Origin: Lama glama
Taxonomy: Eukaryota
DNA length: 64,000 nucleotides
Reading direction: 5' to 3'
NCBI GenBank assembly: GCA_028534125.1
Contig: CM052817.1
Coordinates: forward strand, 39,434,001 to 39,498,000
Positions 15,338 to 29,019 of this stretch are shown in pieces. A program made the position numbers and the translations under genes. Each line of letters starts with the position of its first letter. Positions within the stretch are counted from its first letter, which is position 1. The notes below the pieces were generated by a model. The model was not told where the DNA came from. It saw only the letters and a program-made list of their open reading frames with translations, and ran no database searches.

Positions 15338-15810
15338 TGTCTTAGTTGGACCTGCCTCCCAGAAGGTCAAGCCTAAGACAAGGCTCTACATGCGGGCAGT
15401 TACTGTGATCCCAAGAGTGGAGAACCAGAAAGATCAGAAAGCCAAGCTAACAGTGTGTTACCAAGCAGGTTACAGTTGTTAGCAGCAGGGGCAGAATCCC
15501 CCCAGGTCCTCTGAGGAGCCATGTCCAATGTGTCTACAGGTCCCATCCCCCACTGATCAAAGGTTTCCCTTGGGGCATAACTCCCTGGCACACGCATGAG
15601 GTGGCTGCACCCATGTGTTGTGAGGTTGCTGAAACCTGTGCTTGGGGAGTTTCCCTAAGGCACACCGAAAGCATCTCATGCTGTGGCATTAGAAAGCCCT
15701 GGTCAAACGTACAGCTGACACTGAGCACTGTCAGTTTATACCTGCCAAACGCTGTGGCTGCGATAATAGCTGCAATGAGAGGTGGACCGAGATGAAGTGA
15801 GGTGCCCAAT
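15338..15810. mobile_element. Old ERVL/MaLR-class LTR (MLT1-like)
   Basis: Begins 'tgtcttagttgg...cccagaagg...cctaagacaagg', resembling recalled old MaLR/ERVL LTR termini. Confidence 0.5.
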
Positions 15811-16379
15811 AGGCTGTAAAAAATAAAGTGACTGCTTTACAAAACCTTACAGTGATAGCTAACAAAATATTGCTATCAAATTTGATGTGGGTAAAACAAC
15901 TATAAAAGTTTGGGAAAAACACAACTGTAAAATTTTTCAAATTGCTTCACCAGAGTCTACTCGAGCCAAAATGAAGTTGGATATTATAAAAATGTATTAT
16001 GTGTTTGATGTATGCAGAAAAGGACACAGGTAACTCTAATGAGATTCATACTCCATGAAAAGGCTTCTGGCTCCGGACTGAAAAATTGGTAAATGAAAGT
16101 GTACTTACATTTTTAGGTCAGGTAAAACATTTAAGACGTGTGTGTCATGTTTTAATCATGTCCTGCTTTATTCAACTTTTCGTAATGGTTCCAACTGCAT
16201 TAGACAAATGAGCTCTTACTGTGTTTTCCTGAAATCCTTAATTTCATTATATTCTAGGTAGCATGGCAAAAGCACTTCTCAGTTTATCTGAGACACATGG
16301 TGCAAATTATTATCACATAGTTATATGAACTATTTTAATTAATAGAAAATGTTAACTAGTCAATCTTCCAAAAATTAAT

Positions 16380-16680
16380 TGAGTAGCCACTGCCTTTACT
16401 CAGACCACCAGCCAAAGCCTCCTAACTGAACTCCCTATCTCCAACTTGAATCCATTCTCCACAGTGCAAATCTTTCTAAAGTGCAAATTTGATCTTATCA
16501 TCTGCTGGAAATCTGTTGGCCTCAGACAAAATTCAAACTACTTATTCTGACTCATAGGCCATTCATTCATTCATTCATTCACTGTTAATTGAGCATCTTC
16601 TATATACCAGACCCTATTTAACTCTCTATCCTAATTACTTGCCACTACCGCCTCACAATTCAAATTCCAACCATTTGAAT
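16380..16680. mobile_element. L2 fragments
   Basis: 'agcctcctaactgaactccc...tccattctccacagtg...tctttctaaagtgcaaatttgatc' and a (CATT)n tail. Confidence 0.65.
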
Positions 16681-17419
16681 GTGGATCTTTTCCCCCAGGG
16701 GTTAGCTAGGTGATGAGATGCCCCCCTGCCCCAGCTCTTTCAAGGCTCTGTTGAACTCTGTACCTTGGGAGTGGCCAGGCATTCCTCCTGAGGAATGCCT
16801 GATCAAATGGTCATCTCCTGCCAACTGGTTCTGAGTCCACCTTCATGGAAGCTGTCCCTTACAATCTTCCAAAAAGTACACGCAGCATTTAGCTGCCCTG
16901 TCTCCTGTCCATGTTTTTTTTCCACTCCAGAAAAACACTTCTCTGAAACCCTCTCCAGTGCTGGTGGAGAAAAGTGTTCTGTATAGTTAAGATGAGATCA
17001 CTTATTACTCTTAAATAGTTGTTCCAAGGATTGCTCCGCCTCTAAGTCTTCCAGCTCCACCTCTTCCTGTAGCACATCAGCTTCACAATCTCGTTACATT
17101 TATTACTGAACAAAAATTAAAATAGGTGTCTATGAGAATAAAATGTCCCATAAAATGAGAGCATAGTAATAGAAGAATAAATTACAAGTAGTTGAAGCCA
17201 AGTTGATAGACTTCTTAATACTAGATTCTTTGATTTTTTTTAAAGCTATTTATTTTAAACCAAATTGACATTACCTGTCATGTAAGGGAAGAACTATTTT
17301 AAGTTTTGTTTTTTAATCTGAGTCTAGTTACTTCTTAGAGTCTGAGTTACTTCTAAATTAGAGTTAATTCTGAGTAACCCAAATTTTATAATAACTTTAT
17401 ATGAAGTGTAACCTCTAAA

Positions 17420-17498
17420 AATATCAAATCATTATGTTGTACATCTGAAAGTAATATAATACTGTAAGTCAATGATACTTCAATAAATAAATAAAAAG
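17420..17498 (+). mobile_element. Short L1 3' terminal fragment with A-rich tail
   Basis: 'tgttgtacatctgaaagtaatataatactgtaagtcaatgatacttcaataaataaataaaaag'. Confidence 0.75.
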
Positions 17499-18559
17499 AA
17501 TTTAAACTAAAGAAGCTTCATTTTTGCCTTTTATCACAAGAATAAGTATAGATCAATCACTAGAGCTAGTTAAGTGTAGGAATGTTTTATCTGCACATGA
17601 CCCATATTTAATACAAAATCAACTCTCACTAAATGTTTGGGAGAATTATGTCCATAACTCAGTTTAGATTCTTAAATTACCAATAAAATTTAAATAGAGC
17701 ATTGAGTACTGAGTGCTGTGGAAATGAATATGGTACTGAGGAAAACAGTAGAAACAACCCTGGCTTTGAGAAAGTCATTTTATACTTTGGAAGTCAGAAT
17801 TTCCTCATCTATAAAATGAGGGGGTCAGACTGAATTGTCTCAAAGATGGTTTCTTAACCCTGATTTAACACTAACTTGACTTGTTTCCAGTTATCCTTTT
17901 CATGCTTGTTGACACATAGAGTTGAGATGTCTTTTTTTTTTTTAAACACAGAGCTGAGCAATTATTTATTTTCCACATAGAATTTATCCTCTGCCTGTCT
18001 TCTTTTTCTTCATTACAAAACATCTCTCCTGTTCTCTAATGTGGGTGTTGACAAGCAGTGATGAAGATGCCTAGCATTTCAGACCTTGCTTGTCAAGGCT
18101 GCTCGTCACCACTACCTTGAATTGGTCGCCCCCTTGGAAAGCTACAGGAACTCTCTTCAAAAGTCAGGACAGACGCAACACTCTTCCCAACATCCAAAGC
18201 ACCGAGAGAAGAGTGATGGAAGCTATGCACATTGCTGGTGAAAATCTCCAAGATCTGCTTTAGCAGCATGACCTCCATGCATTCAGTAGAGCTACGTGGA
18301 GCAAAGACTGCTGCCAGTGGTGGGTGGAGAGTCATCAGTATCCCTTGAAATGGTGGTATGTGTCCATTTCTTTGGTACACGCTGTTTTGTAGCTTTGAAT
18401 AAATACTGGCATGAATTTTAGAAAGTTTCAAACCATGGCTCTTGTTTTCAATTGAAAACATCTAACATTAAATGGTTGGGACCCTCCTCCCTGCTACCAG
18501 ACACTTTTTACAGTGGTTTCAGAAACAACATCAATGATCACCTCAATATTTTGCTATAT

Positions 18560-18700
18560 TGTCCATTCACTCTACAAGTACTTTTTGGAATGTCTACCAG
18601 GTGTCAGGTCCTATACTAGGCACTGGGGATATAGAGATAAAAGACAATCTCTGCCCTTAGGGTTTCACCGTCCAGTGGGAAGCCAAGCAATTGAAGAGAC
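18560..18700 (-). mobile_element. L2 3' fragment
   Basis: 'cattcactctacaagtactttttggaatgtctaccaggtgtcagg...ctaggcactggggata'. Confidence 0.7.
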
Positions 18701-19214
18701 AGGAGATGCCGAAAGACACGCTCAAATAAATCTTGTCTATTAACTTGAAAGTTGTCACCAGTTTTATGGGCTTACTAGTAAAAGGCCTCTGAACTGAAAT
18801 GAACCAAGCAACAGTAAAAGATCATTACTGAATACACTGCTATGCTATTGATTAACTCCTATTTGTCATACACATTAATGATGAAAAGCAACATGTAAGT
18901 GCTAAGTATGAGTTTTTCCCTATCCAGTTAATAACTTAATTGTGACATTTGGGTTATATGTCAAGCTTCAAGCAGCATTCAAACTATCACTAAAACCCAA
19001 CAACACAGTGTCATCAAATACAGTGATCCAAAGATGATAAAATTTTATGCATGTTTTTATGTATTGCATATGTATAAGTCAGCAAATCTATAACGGTAAT
19101 TTGCAACAGACATAAATTGATATTACTATAATAGCTGTGTATTTAAGGTAACTGTCCATTTTGTCACAAAATGTGTGATAATCATGACATGCATAAAGTC
19201 TCCCTAAGGGAGCC

Positions 19215-19465
19215 ATAGACTGTACTCAGGAGAGGCAGCCAACCCATAGGAAGTCAGCAGGGAGGGAGCTAGGAGAAAAATATCCCCTGACTTTACCCCT
19301 CTTCCTCCTTCCTGTCTCCAGCCAGCACCCCATGGGTGAACCCAATGAGAGGCCAGAGAGCTCAGAAGCCCATGAATGGGGTCCATACAGGCCAGCGTCC
19401 CAATACACAAAATAGGGTGGAGAAGGGTAAGGTGTGCAGGGACAGCTGGAAAGTATTCAACACAG
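19215..19465. mobile_element. MaLR LTR fragment (MLT1-type)
   Basis: 'aaatatcccctgacttt...aacccaatgagaggccagagag...gtccatacaggccagc' resembles old MLT1 LTRs. Confidence 0.65.
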
Positions 19466-20379
19466 TACTAGCTGTAGTAATCGTAACAGTAGTAGTAGTA
19501 GGAACAGTAGTAGTAGCAACAGTATTGAGAAATGTGAGCTAGAGGCTAGTGCAAACAGGTCTTTATTCCACCCATGACCAAAGTTGTGGATTTCAAGATT
19601 GAAATCAGAATGGGTACTAGTGCTATTGCGTGTCATGTTCTATTAGTGACTGAAGAACACTGAGCTAAGAAGATAAACAATTCTGTATATGATACAATAA
19701 ATATCTAAAAAGATGTTACTGTACTGGAAAGATAAGCTGAAATCAACATAAAATGTATTTGGGGAAAATAAATGTTACCTTTTACACGCCACAAATTAAT
19801 CACAAAAAAAGAATAGAAGTAGATGTGACAAAAGCTCGAGAATTTTACTTGATCCGCAATGCAATGGAAGAATATTCGACTTCAATTTGTGAGCAGAAAT
19901 ACAGACTCAAAACCAAGGAGGGACTAGGTCCATAGTCATAAGTCAGAAGATGGGGACTGAAAAACATGGTGAAGATCAGAAATACTCAGAAACAATTCTG
20001 CTGAACCCACAGCCACTGAGACCTGCTGCAGGTCCTTGTGTCCCAGAGAGGCTCTGAGTTGGCTTTGCATTAATAATCAGTTGGAGCTTTTGGTCATTTC
20101 ATTCTGCTTTTAGATACAGTTTGAATCAGTTCTTTACATAACCTCCATTTTTCCCAGGTGAGAAATTTGAGATATTTCAAAAGACTGGCAATATCCCAGT
20201 AATTTTCCACTTAAATCATATGCATAAGAAATATCTGACACAACTCATTTATCCTGAGACTTCTTTTCCTTTTCAATTTAAGATTTTAAAATGGAACATT
20301 TTAAAGTAGAGATTGACATGAAAAATGTTCTCAAAGATTCTTTGAACAAGTGGGGGTAGGAAGAAGAGAAAGCTAACAA

Positions 20380-20555
20380 GCTCCGAGCACTTAGTATGCG
20401 CTAAATACTTCACATGTATTTCTGTTCTTAATCCACAAAATCATCCTATAATGTTTACGGCACTTATTTCCATTTCATTAATGTGTAAAATCTTGGCTTT
20501 AAAGAGGTAAATAAATTAACCCATCAGTTAATAGCAGGATTCAAACCCAGAATGC
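20380..20555 (-). mobile_element. MIR SINE
   Basis: 'gagcacttagtatgcgctaaatacttcacatg...cttaatcc...aggattcaaacccag'. Confidence 0.65.
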
Positions 20556-23169
20556 ATAATCTCTTCTTTGTTTTGATCTGGGATATTTCAAACCTTATTT
20601 CCCCTTGTAAATCTCTGTTATAATTTTGCTGTAATTAGCTTGCATGAACCATAATTGGGAGACAAAACACAAAAGATACTCAGAAATGTTCAGCGAGCGA
20701 TGATCAATAGTGGAAAATAGCAATGATGTTCATTCGACCTCAGGCTGACCAGACCTTTCAGCAAGCCAGCACCTGTCAATGCCACATTGCTCCACTACCA
20801 TACATCTATATTTCCCATCCAGGTGTGTATGTAACTAGCTAGCAGATCATATTTTCTCAAGTCTAGTCAAATGTCATCATCCATGCACACAAAATACTCT
20901 GAACTGCTAAGTAATTCCTAAGAGGAAAGTGGGGTGAGACTTAATGGGGGCCATATTAATGAGTTAGCATTTACCATCATATATAAGCCCTGCTGATTCA
21001 TTTTGGATCACTACTGAAAAAATATTAGGCTACATTACAACAGCTCAGGTCTATTTTAAAAATATACCACTTTTTTTTTAAGTATGTGGGTAACATTAAA
21101 TGTAGTTAGTAAATTTCTTACAGATCCCACACTTTGAAAAATAATAAATTACTTAGGAACCATCCAAATTCAAACATATGAGGAAGTAATACAGGTGCAC
21201 GTTTAAAGGATGTAGCTCCGTCGCTCGCATTGTTTCAGATGCTGTGCTTTGAGTCTCTTGGAGACACACATTGACTTACTGAGGTCCATTCAGATTTCTC
21301 TGAAGCCCTGGCCAGGGCATGAAAACAATCTTGCTGCTCAGGAGGCCAAATTTACTTCCCAAGGGCACCAAGAATTTTCCCCAAGGGCAGCACTTAGCCC
21401 TGCCCCGACTACCTGGCTACAACGCTTGTTTTCAGTCATCAAGATACAACATTTAGTTATGCTATTGTCATGAACCTTTTGTGCCTTTGGGAGAGAATTA
21501 TAGTCTACCTTCCAACCATATGACCCAGAGCTTCAGTCACAAAGCTGCTAATGTTGATCATATGACAAATAACTCAACCACTCTGTTAAATGCCTTATAG
21601 GAGCCCATTTAGAAGCTAGAGCCAAAAAAGAAGAGAGATGAGCAGTCAGTGAGGCTTCCACCTACTTCTCCCCTTTGCCACTCACAGCTCCTCGCTGTGT
21701 GCAGGAGGCAGCCCTCAGTCACTTAAGACTCTTGATGAGGGAGATACTCATGGTGTTTGACTTTATTACAGCCGAGCCAAATCAAATGCACAGGCACTGC
21801 TTCCTTAGATGTCTATATTTCACTTAAACTGGGATAAAGCAAAGAAACTGGAATATTGTCTCATCATGCATTCTAAATCAGCCAGGGTAGAATATAATGG
21901 GGAGTTAATCAGATCACTGAAACTCTAATTCACTTGGTATTGATCGGGCAGATTCCTAATGGGACGGCAGACCAATTTCAAATTACAGTAAGCTGACTTG
22001 TCCTGGAATACCAATGACCAGGCTGGCGGACGAGCCAAGAGGACCGTGAGCTCTGCTCTCCGGTCGCTCCCGCCGAGCCGGCAGCCATGAATGCGTAATC
22101 CGATGCGGCATTTAGCTAATTAATAGGGGATTGATGAAAGGTTCGGTTTTGAAAGCAGCCATCTCACTTGGATAAACGTGGGACCAGAGTCCCATGGGGA
22201 TGGGTAGTCGGGTCTTGGGAAGGTAGGTATACAATGAAAGCTAATGGAAAGTAATGCAATTAACTCGGGCTTTTAATTATATTAATCAGTGACTTCATAG
22301 GAGCCCACTGCATACAGAATGCGCTCCTTTACTCTTGCTAGCACCATGTTTGTGATTCATGTCTGAATCGAAATCAAACAGCAATGGGAAGAAATAGATG
22401 CAGGCGCATTTATATTAGTTCATTTTCCCCATGGCTAGAAGTTTTTCTGGTATGTAAGAGTAAAGAGAAGAGAAAGGGGGCAGGAAGAAAGGAAAAGGGG
22501 GAGGGAAGCAATGGGTGATAATGGTCATCTTCTAAAGGAGAAGTGAGCTCGAAGTTGGTTTTGTTAAGATCGGTTGTTACTTTATACTTCCTTCCACGTT
22601 AGATTATTTGGCCTGGGAGTGTGAACAAATAACCAGCGTATTTACATGTAGTGAAAGCAGCTCGGTGACGAAATTGATTGATTTTTACATTTTGGAAACA
22701 ACCTGCTGAACTATTAGACCAAATACTCAAAAGGATGATTTATTCTCACTAACAATAACTTCTTGACTTAGTTCTCTTCTTTAACCATCTTTCCCTCTCC
22801 TGCGTGCACTGTGTGTGGACTGTGTGTATTTGCATGTGTATACATGTGTGCGGAACCTATCGGGCTCCTCTTTTCTTTCTAGAGTCACAGAAATCACAGC
22901 TTCAGGCAGACACCAGACAGAAGTGTGTCTAGAACAGAACAGCTTCCAATGAGCCAAGACTTTCTAAGCTTGACCCAGACAGATGGACCTCAGCCCAAAG
23001 GAAACAGTCATATTTGCAAGGAAAATAAAGTCATATTTTTCTCCCACAGGGAGAAATTTTTCAATCTCCCGGTATATCCATCAGGAAACTTGCTTTAGGA
23101 AATTAAACCTGACATTTAAAAGCCAGAGCTTTACCACTTAACCAGAGCTAGTACTCACTATTTGAAGAA

Positions 23170-23325
23170 TTTTTCCAAGTATTAGCTGGATGTATTATTA
23201 TCCCCATTTTAAAGAAGAGAAAAATGAGACACAAAGAGATTCATTAATTTGCCCGAGTTCATGTATCTCACAAGCCAAGGAGCCAGTACTCAGATCTACC
23301 CCAAAGTCCAGATTTATTACTACTC
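23170..23325 (-). mobile_element. MIR SINE
   Basis: 'tattattatccccattttaaagaagagaaaaatgagacacaaagag...aatttgccc'. Confidence 0.75.
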
Positions 23326-24009
23326 TTAACAGTCTGGGTGCTACCACATCTGAGTCCAGAGAGTTGCAGAGGGTGAATGGAAAGAAAAGGGGAGCATGGA
23401 CTATTACTAATGATAATAGCTGAGCTCTGACCTATTTAAGTCAAGCATTATAGTTGTACAGAGAATCACAGACATATACTCCCCATGATAATATCATGTT
23501 AGTCTAATTCAGTTCTTAACTCTAACATGGATGTCATGTATATAGACATTTCTAAAACCAACACAATTCCCTAAAGAGTTCAATAAGCAAATGATAGCAT
23601 ATTAATATTAAGTAATATTAGTTACAATGTAAGTGATAAAGTTATGCTCTGTGTGATTATGTGAAAATAATGAAAGATCTAAGAAGTCCAGGATTTCTTT
23701 CTCTGTCGTCAGAAGCTAGCTTGGCCCACGGGAGGCACTAATTAAGCACTTAATGAATGTGCTGAATAAATTAAATATTTATATGCAATTTCGTTGAGAA
23801 AATAGAATAAAAAATTATACATACCTATTGATTACAACACTGAAAGAGTTTTCTGACAGAATGATTGTATAAAGTAGAGATTATCAAAAAGTAGGTTGTT
23901 GAAATGTAAATTTTTAATAAAATAAAATAAAAAGATTTAGTCGTCTGATTATTACTTTTGGCTTTTATTTTAAATATACACTATTTTAATTACAAATGCA
24001 CAGGTCTTA

Positions 24010-24470
24010 TAATATAGCAATGTCACATCTAGGTAATATAACCTAAAGAAACTCTGGCACACCTGTGTGATTCAAGGGTATTTTTATTAGCTAAAGAAAA
24101 TGATTAGTACCTAGTAATCATCAATAAGAGAATAATAAGTTGTGGTCTACAAAAGGGAACACTACACAGAAGCTGAAGTAACTTATTTGGGTTTACATGG
24201 AGCAACATGATTATCAAAACCAATGTTGACTTTTAAAAATCTACAAAGGTGTATATATATATTTATGTAAAATTTAAAAGTGATCAAAGCAATACTATTT
24301 ATTGTTTACAGATAAGAACATATGTGGTAAAAGTTTTAAAACATGGACATTAAAGATTTGTTAAGATGTGGTAAAATGTTAAGGTGTTAATATAAAAATG
24401 TGAGTTCTTATGTGTCTATTTTATGTTATCTTTTGTACTTTGTGTATGTGAATTACATAATGTATATAAT
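24010..24470 (+). mobile_element. Very old L1 3'UTR (L1ME-like)
   Basis: 'catctaggtaatataacctaaagaaactctggcaca...' and an AT-rich L1ME-style tail. Confidence 0.55.
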
Positions 24471-24809
24471 TAAACAATTTTAATGAGTACACATTCAATA
24501 TTTTAATATGAATAAACTTAATTATTTGTTGACTTGAATAGTACCTTGCAAATCATTAAAAAAATTATTTTATCTCCAGACAGTTTACTCACCTTTTTGA
24601 ATGTATTTTGGAAAATATTTGTGAGAGGGAGAAAGGAAAGCCTTCTATTCCCAGGTGGAAATTATGCCTGGAGTAGATTTTATCCGTTTGCACTGGGTTG
24701 TATAAACCTCATCTGCCTAATAGAACTGAATGGGGCATCAAAAGCAGTGACCATTGGAGAGCCCAAAGCAGTGGACAGAGGTGAGAACTAGAACCAAGAA
24801 GTTCAAACC

Positions 24810-24990
24810 AGTTTCCTAAGAAGGGAGTTCCATATCACCTGCATCACAATCACCCAGGATGATAGTCAAAAACAAATTCTTGGGCCTAGGTTTATTTAAC
24901 TATAAACACCAGAATGGAGCCCAAGAATTTGCCTTTGTAACAAGAACTCTCCAAATGATTCCCATGCACATTAAAATCTGAGAACCACTG
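24810..24990. mobile_element. MER5A-like hAT-Charlie DNA transposon
   Basis: 'cacctgcatcacaatcacc...tttgtaacaag...atgattcccatgcacattaaaatctgagaaccactg'. Confidence 0.8.
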
Positions 24991-26495
24991 AGTTAAATCA
25001 CTCAGTGGGTTCAGGGCATTTTTCTGAGGACCCTATGAACTGGTGAGTTCCCTTGAACTAGAAACCAAAATCCATTAAAAAGTCCAAGAAAATGTATGAG
25101 GACTTTGAATGAGGAAAGGGACAAATCTGCTAAGAGATAGAATATTATAAGAATGAGAAAATGATGAGGCAAGCATGAAGGCTATAAAACCAGTTTTGCA
25201 ATCACACACCCATTCTAAAGATAATGCTCAGATATTTGCTTGGAATAGTAGATGGAGAAATCTGCTTATATTAAAGGTAACATCAGCCTTACCAACAAGC
25301 TGCTGGATATGAAGAAAAACCAAAAGGACATTGATACCCAATGTAAAGTGTCTAGCTCAATGCTTGGTTTACACTATCTGGTCAATACCCTAGGCTGTGG
25401 TGATGGCCAGTCAGAGTCAGGCTAAAGAAAAGGATGTGCTGGGAGCTTAGCACAAGAAATTTCCGGATCAGTGCAGGAAACGCAGAAAAAGAATTCCTAA
25501 AGGTAAGACAGACATGCAACAGACAAGGGCCTTCTCAGCTAGAGGAATCTCCCGGACGGGCAAGGAGGCATTGGCAAGGACTGCAAGGATGGCTGAGATC
25601 ATTAGAAGCCAATCCCACAAGGACCTCTGGCACAAGGCAGAGCAGATGAACTGAGTGGGCAGAAAAACTGGGACACAGATTCTAAAAAGGACTGAGACTC
25701 TCACCAGGCTCTGGAGTGGTGCCAACCCACATCTCTGTAGGGCTACAATTGAGCAGCTTGATCACACATTCCACCTAGATGGGCAGGCTTGGAAGACCAT
25801 CAAGAGACTTCCAGCGTCAGATGCTTCTGCAGTTGCATCAGAGGGATCAAGTAAAGGACTACAGACCAGGAACAAGCACTATGAAGGCTTTATAAGATTT
25901 GATAATGCTGTCTTTCATCCATCTTTGTTATTTTTGTACCTCTATTTCTTCACAGTGATTAAAGGCAAATCCTTCAAATGCGAAAGTCCAGTATACCTAC
26001 TGTGGAGTATGGCAAGGAGAGAGAAGAGAATTCTCCTATTTTGTAGTCAGTTGGAAATATGGGTAGTAGCAGCTTGTAAAGGGAAAGATTGTGGATCAAA
26101 AACGTGGCACAGGAAGCAAGCAAGAAGTGGGTAAGAATTTGCCTAAGAATTAGTTGGCCAAAAAGGCTTAAGGAGGCTCCCCCATGGTTTTCTGACCCTG
26201 AACAACATTCTTCATTCCTTTCTTTTATTAGACTAAGAACAAGCTGCTATATCCCAGGCTGATTAAATTGTAGAATGAAGAAACACAATACGCAAGAGAT
26301 GCAATTAAAACTCTGCCAATGAGACTTAACAAATTTCCTGAAACTCAAAACATGTATTTTACTCTATGGATTTAGGAATAATGAGAGTGTTTCTCCCCCA
26401 ACACAGGGGTTAAGAGGAGCTGTTGCTGGGAGAATTCAGCTGACCAAATTAAGATCTTCTTAGAAAAATCAGGCTGGGGAACTGAGGTTATAAGG

Positions 26496-26855
26496 TGTTA
26501 AAAGACAAACTGAGGCATACTAAAAAATTTAAGAGTTTCCTTGAGTGAAAATCTATTCAAATCAGGCAGCGCCAGACAGGAAGTAGTTAGAAGCACTCAA
26601 CCAACAGGAGCTTAAGGTAAGACTTTTATAGAGAAGAGGGGGAAGCAAAGCAAGGAAATTATTTGATTGGCTAGAGCTTAAGTGGTTGCACTGTTTTTGG
26701 AAAGTCTAGTTGGCTGTTTGTGATTGGTTGTCCTAAGTTTCCATCTCTCAACCTTGAGATATTTACAGGCTGAGGTTTTGGCGTTTGCTTATGCGGGCTG
26801 CTAAGGCATTAGTGTCACCTCAGTGTAATGGCACACTTGTTTAATTAATTTAACA
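26496..26855 (-). mobile_element. ERV1-class solo LTR (360 bp)
   Basis: Inverted termini TGTTAAA...TTTAACA, near-TSD AAGG/AAGT, two CCAAT boxes and a TATA-like element on the minus strand. Confidence 0.75.
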
Positions 26856-26914
26856 AAGTAAATCTAGAAACCCTTTTATAACTTTTGCTAAATGTACCTA
26901 ACTAAAATGATGAA

Positions 26915-27040
26915 GGGGGAGGGTATAGCTCAAGTGGTAGAGCACATGAGGTCGTAGATTCAATCCTCAGCACCTCCTCTAAAAATAAACAAATGAACAA
27001 ACCTAATCACCTGCCCCCCAACCAAAAAAATGAATAAATA
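26915..27040 (+). mobile_element. tRNA-derived SINE (camelid vic-1-like)
   Basis: 'ggggagggtatagctcaagtggtagagc...ttcaatcc' with Pol III A/B boxes and an A-rich tail. Imperfect TSD TAAAATGATGAAG (26903-26915) / TAAAATAGTGAAG (27039-27051). Confidence 0.88.
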
Positions 27041-29019
27041 AAATAGTGAAGATAGTGTACTTTAAAAGATGTCGATTCTTTTTTTCCAGCTTAGATATTA
27101 CTTATATTTACCCCAAATCAGTTTTGTCTTACCCTGAAACTTTTCCAGATATTTCTTCCAAATTATGATGAAATATTGAAAGTGAGTTTTGGGGTTTTTT
27201 GGTTTGTGTTTTGGTTTTGCTGTTGTTTGTTTGCAGCAGCTAGTATTCTTTTACTGCAGGATGAGGCCCTCCTGCACCCCCTCTCCCACCTGCCTCCAGA
27301 TGCCTGATGCCCTCCCCGCCGCCCCACCTTCCCACCCCTCCCACACCACTTCCACCTGTTCAACACTATAGAAGATTCTTACCTACTTTTCACAACACAG
27401 GCCCTAACAGCTTTCTTATTTATACAAATTGTAGATTCATTAACAAAAAACAAACTCTTGCCTTGACTTTGAGGAAGAAGCTCCTGGTTCTCCCAGCCAC
27501 TGCACAACTCACTCTTACTCCTGAGTATGCTACACTTACAATCCATAAAACTTTAGACTAATTTATAAATATTTACAGCTGGTTAGACAGATTACCGAGT
27601 AGTACATAATATTAACAACATGATATTTAAGCAGCAGGAGAGAAACTCTAACTCGGTGATTGTTCTAAATGTGTTTTAGTGGGGCTTGGCTTGAAGGTGA
27701 CCCCCTACATAGAGAGCAACACCAGAAGAATGAGTTCAAGCAAGAGTCCCAGAGTGCTATCCATTCTAATGCATCCCAATTCTTTATTTCAAAATCATTC
27801 GTGAAAATAAAGAATATAGAAACAAGTACATATGTACTGGACTGCCCTGTATCTCGGATATAGGAGAGGGGCAGAAGGGAAACTCACTGCATACTTTCTG
27901 CCTTGTAATTTTTCTCTTGTTCCAGACAATGACTTCAACTTTTCTAGCAAGATGAAGTTTTAATTGCCACAGGCTTTCTTCTTCATTGGTGTTCAGTGCC
28001 TCATCCCAAATAAAAAGGGATTCAGTGGAAAAGAAAAACACTGTTTCCCCTCCATCTCCTTTCCTGCTTCTCCTTGTGAGACCAAAAGAGAATGATTATA
28101 GTCACATAGTCTATTTCTCTATCAACAGCATGAACCTACAAAACTGTCTTTTCTCTTATTAGAAAAGTACTTTTCTCCACCTGACTGCCTCTGACTTTAT
28201 CCTTTGCCATTCTTCTATTTCAGGAAAACTCACTGCATATTTCTTCCTGTCTCTCTGATCAATACATTCTTTCACTGGTTTTACTTTGTACTGCTGGTAA
28301 TTTGCTGGACTGGTGTTTCAGTTATATTCCCCAAAGGCCAGTGTTCCTTCCAAAATAAATTCTTTTAAGACATTTGAATATTTACTAATAGTAATGAGGA
28401 GTTGTGAACAGTGATAAAAAGATTTCACCAGCTGATAGACTTAGGAATGCTGGATTAAAAGAAGAGGCAATAATTTCAACAGGGCCAAGAATTCATTTTT
28501 TTTATGAGAAACCAGACCCTATCTTTTAATGATCTGATGTAAAATGGTAAAAAGTAGTAAAGTAGTGATGGAGGTAAGGTGCATGGAATTCACAGACAGC
28601 AAGAAAGGGACAAGCAAGCAGCCTTCAATTTGAACTCTAAGTCAGTTGATAAATTCTCTGCTCTGTCTTATGTGCTCCATGTTATTAGGGAAACACTAGG
28701 CTCATACCTTATGTATTTTAACCTGGAGGTCAAGGGTTTCCAGGTGAATTCTGTCTCTGATGAAGGTATTAGTAACTAATCTCACAATATCCCAGGACAC
28801 CCAGATGGTGAAGACATACGGGAATGTCTATTCGGCTTATTAGTGCCCAGTCTCTCTCTTCTCACATGTGAATCACCAAGTAGAAGGTCATCAACTGAAT
28901 TCCTCTTTTATCAACAGTGCCTACTAGTAGTATGGTTGTCAAAATCCAGACTCTCCAGTGAGGCAAACTTTAAATGACCCCTGACCATTAAACTCTGAGG
29001 ATTTCAAAATCATGGCAAC

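Noticed and set aside
17318..17376. Short degenerate GAGTTACTTCT repeats considered as an array
   Set aside because: Irregular low-complexity microduplications with no repeat-spacer periodicity.
18093..18461. 122-aa minus ORF in unique sequence
   Set aside because: No recognisable family or motif and no convincing splice context; consistent with a chance ORF.
25655..26134. 159-aa ORF, the longest non-RAN ORF
   Set aside because: Non-ATG start and no recognisable homology or domain.
26915..26980. tRNA gene
   Set aside because: The tRNA-like head is followed by a SINE body, A-rich tail and TSD, and the cloverleaf is incomplete.
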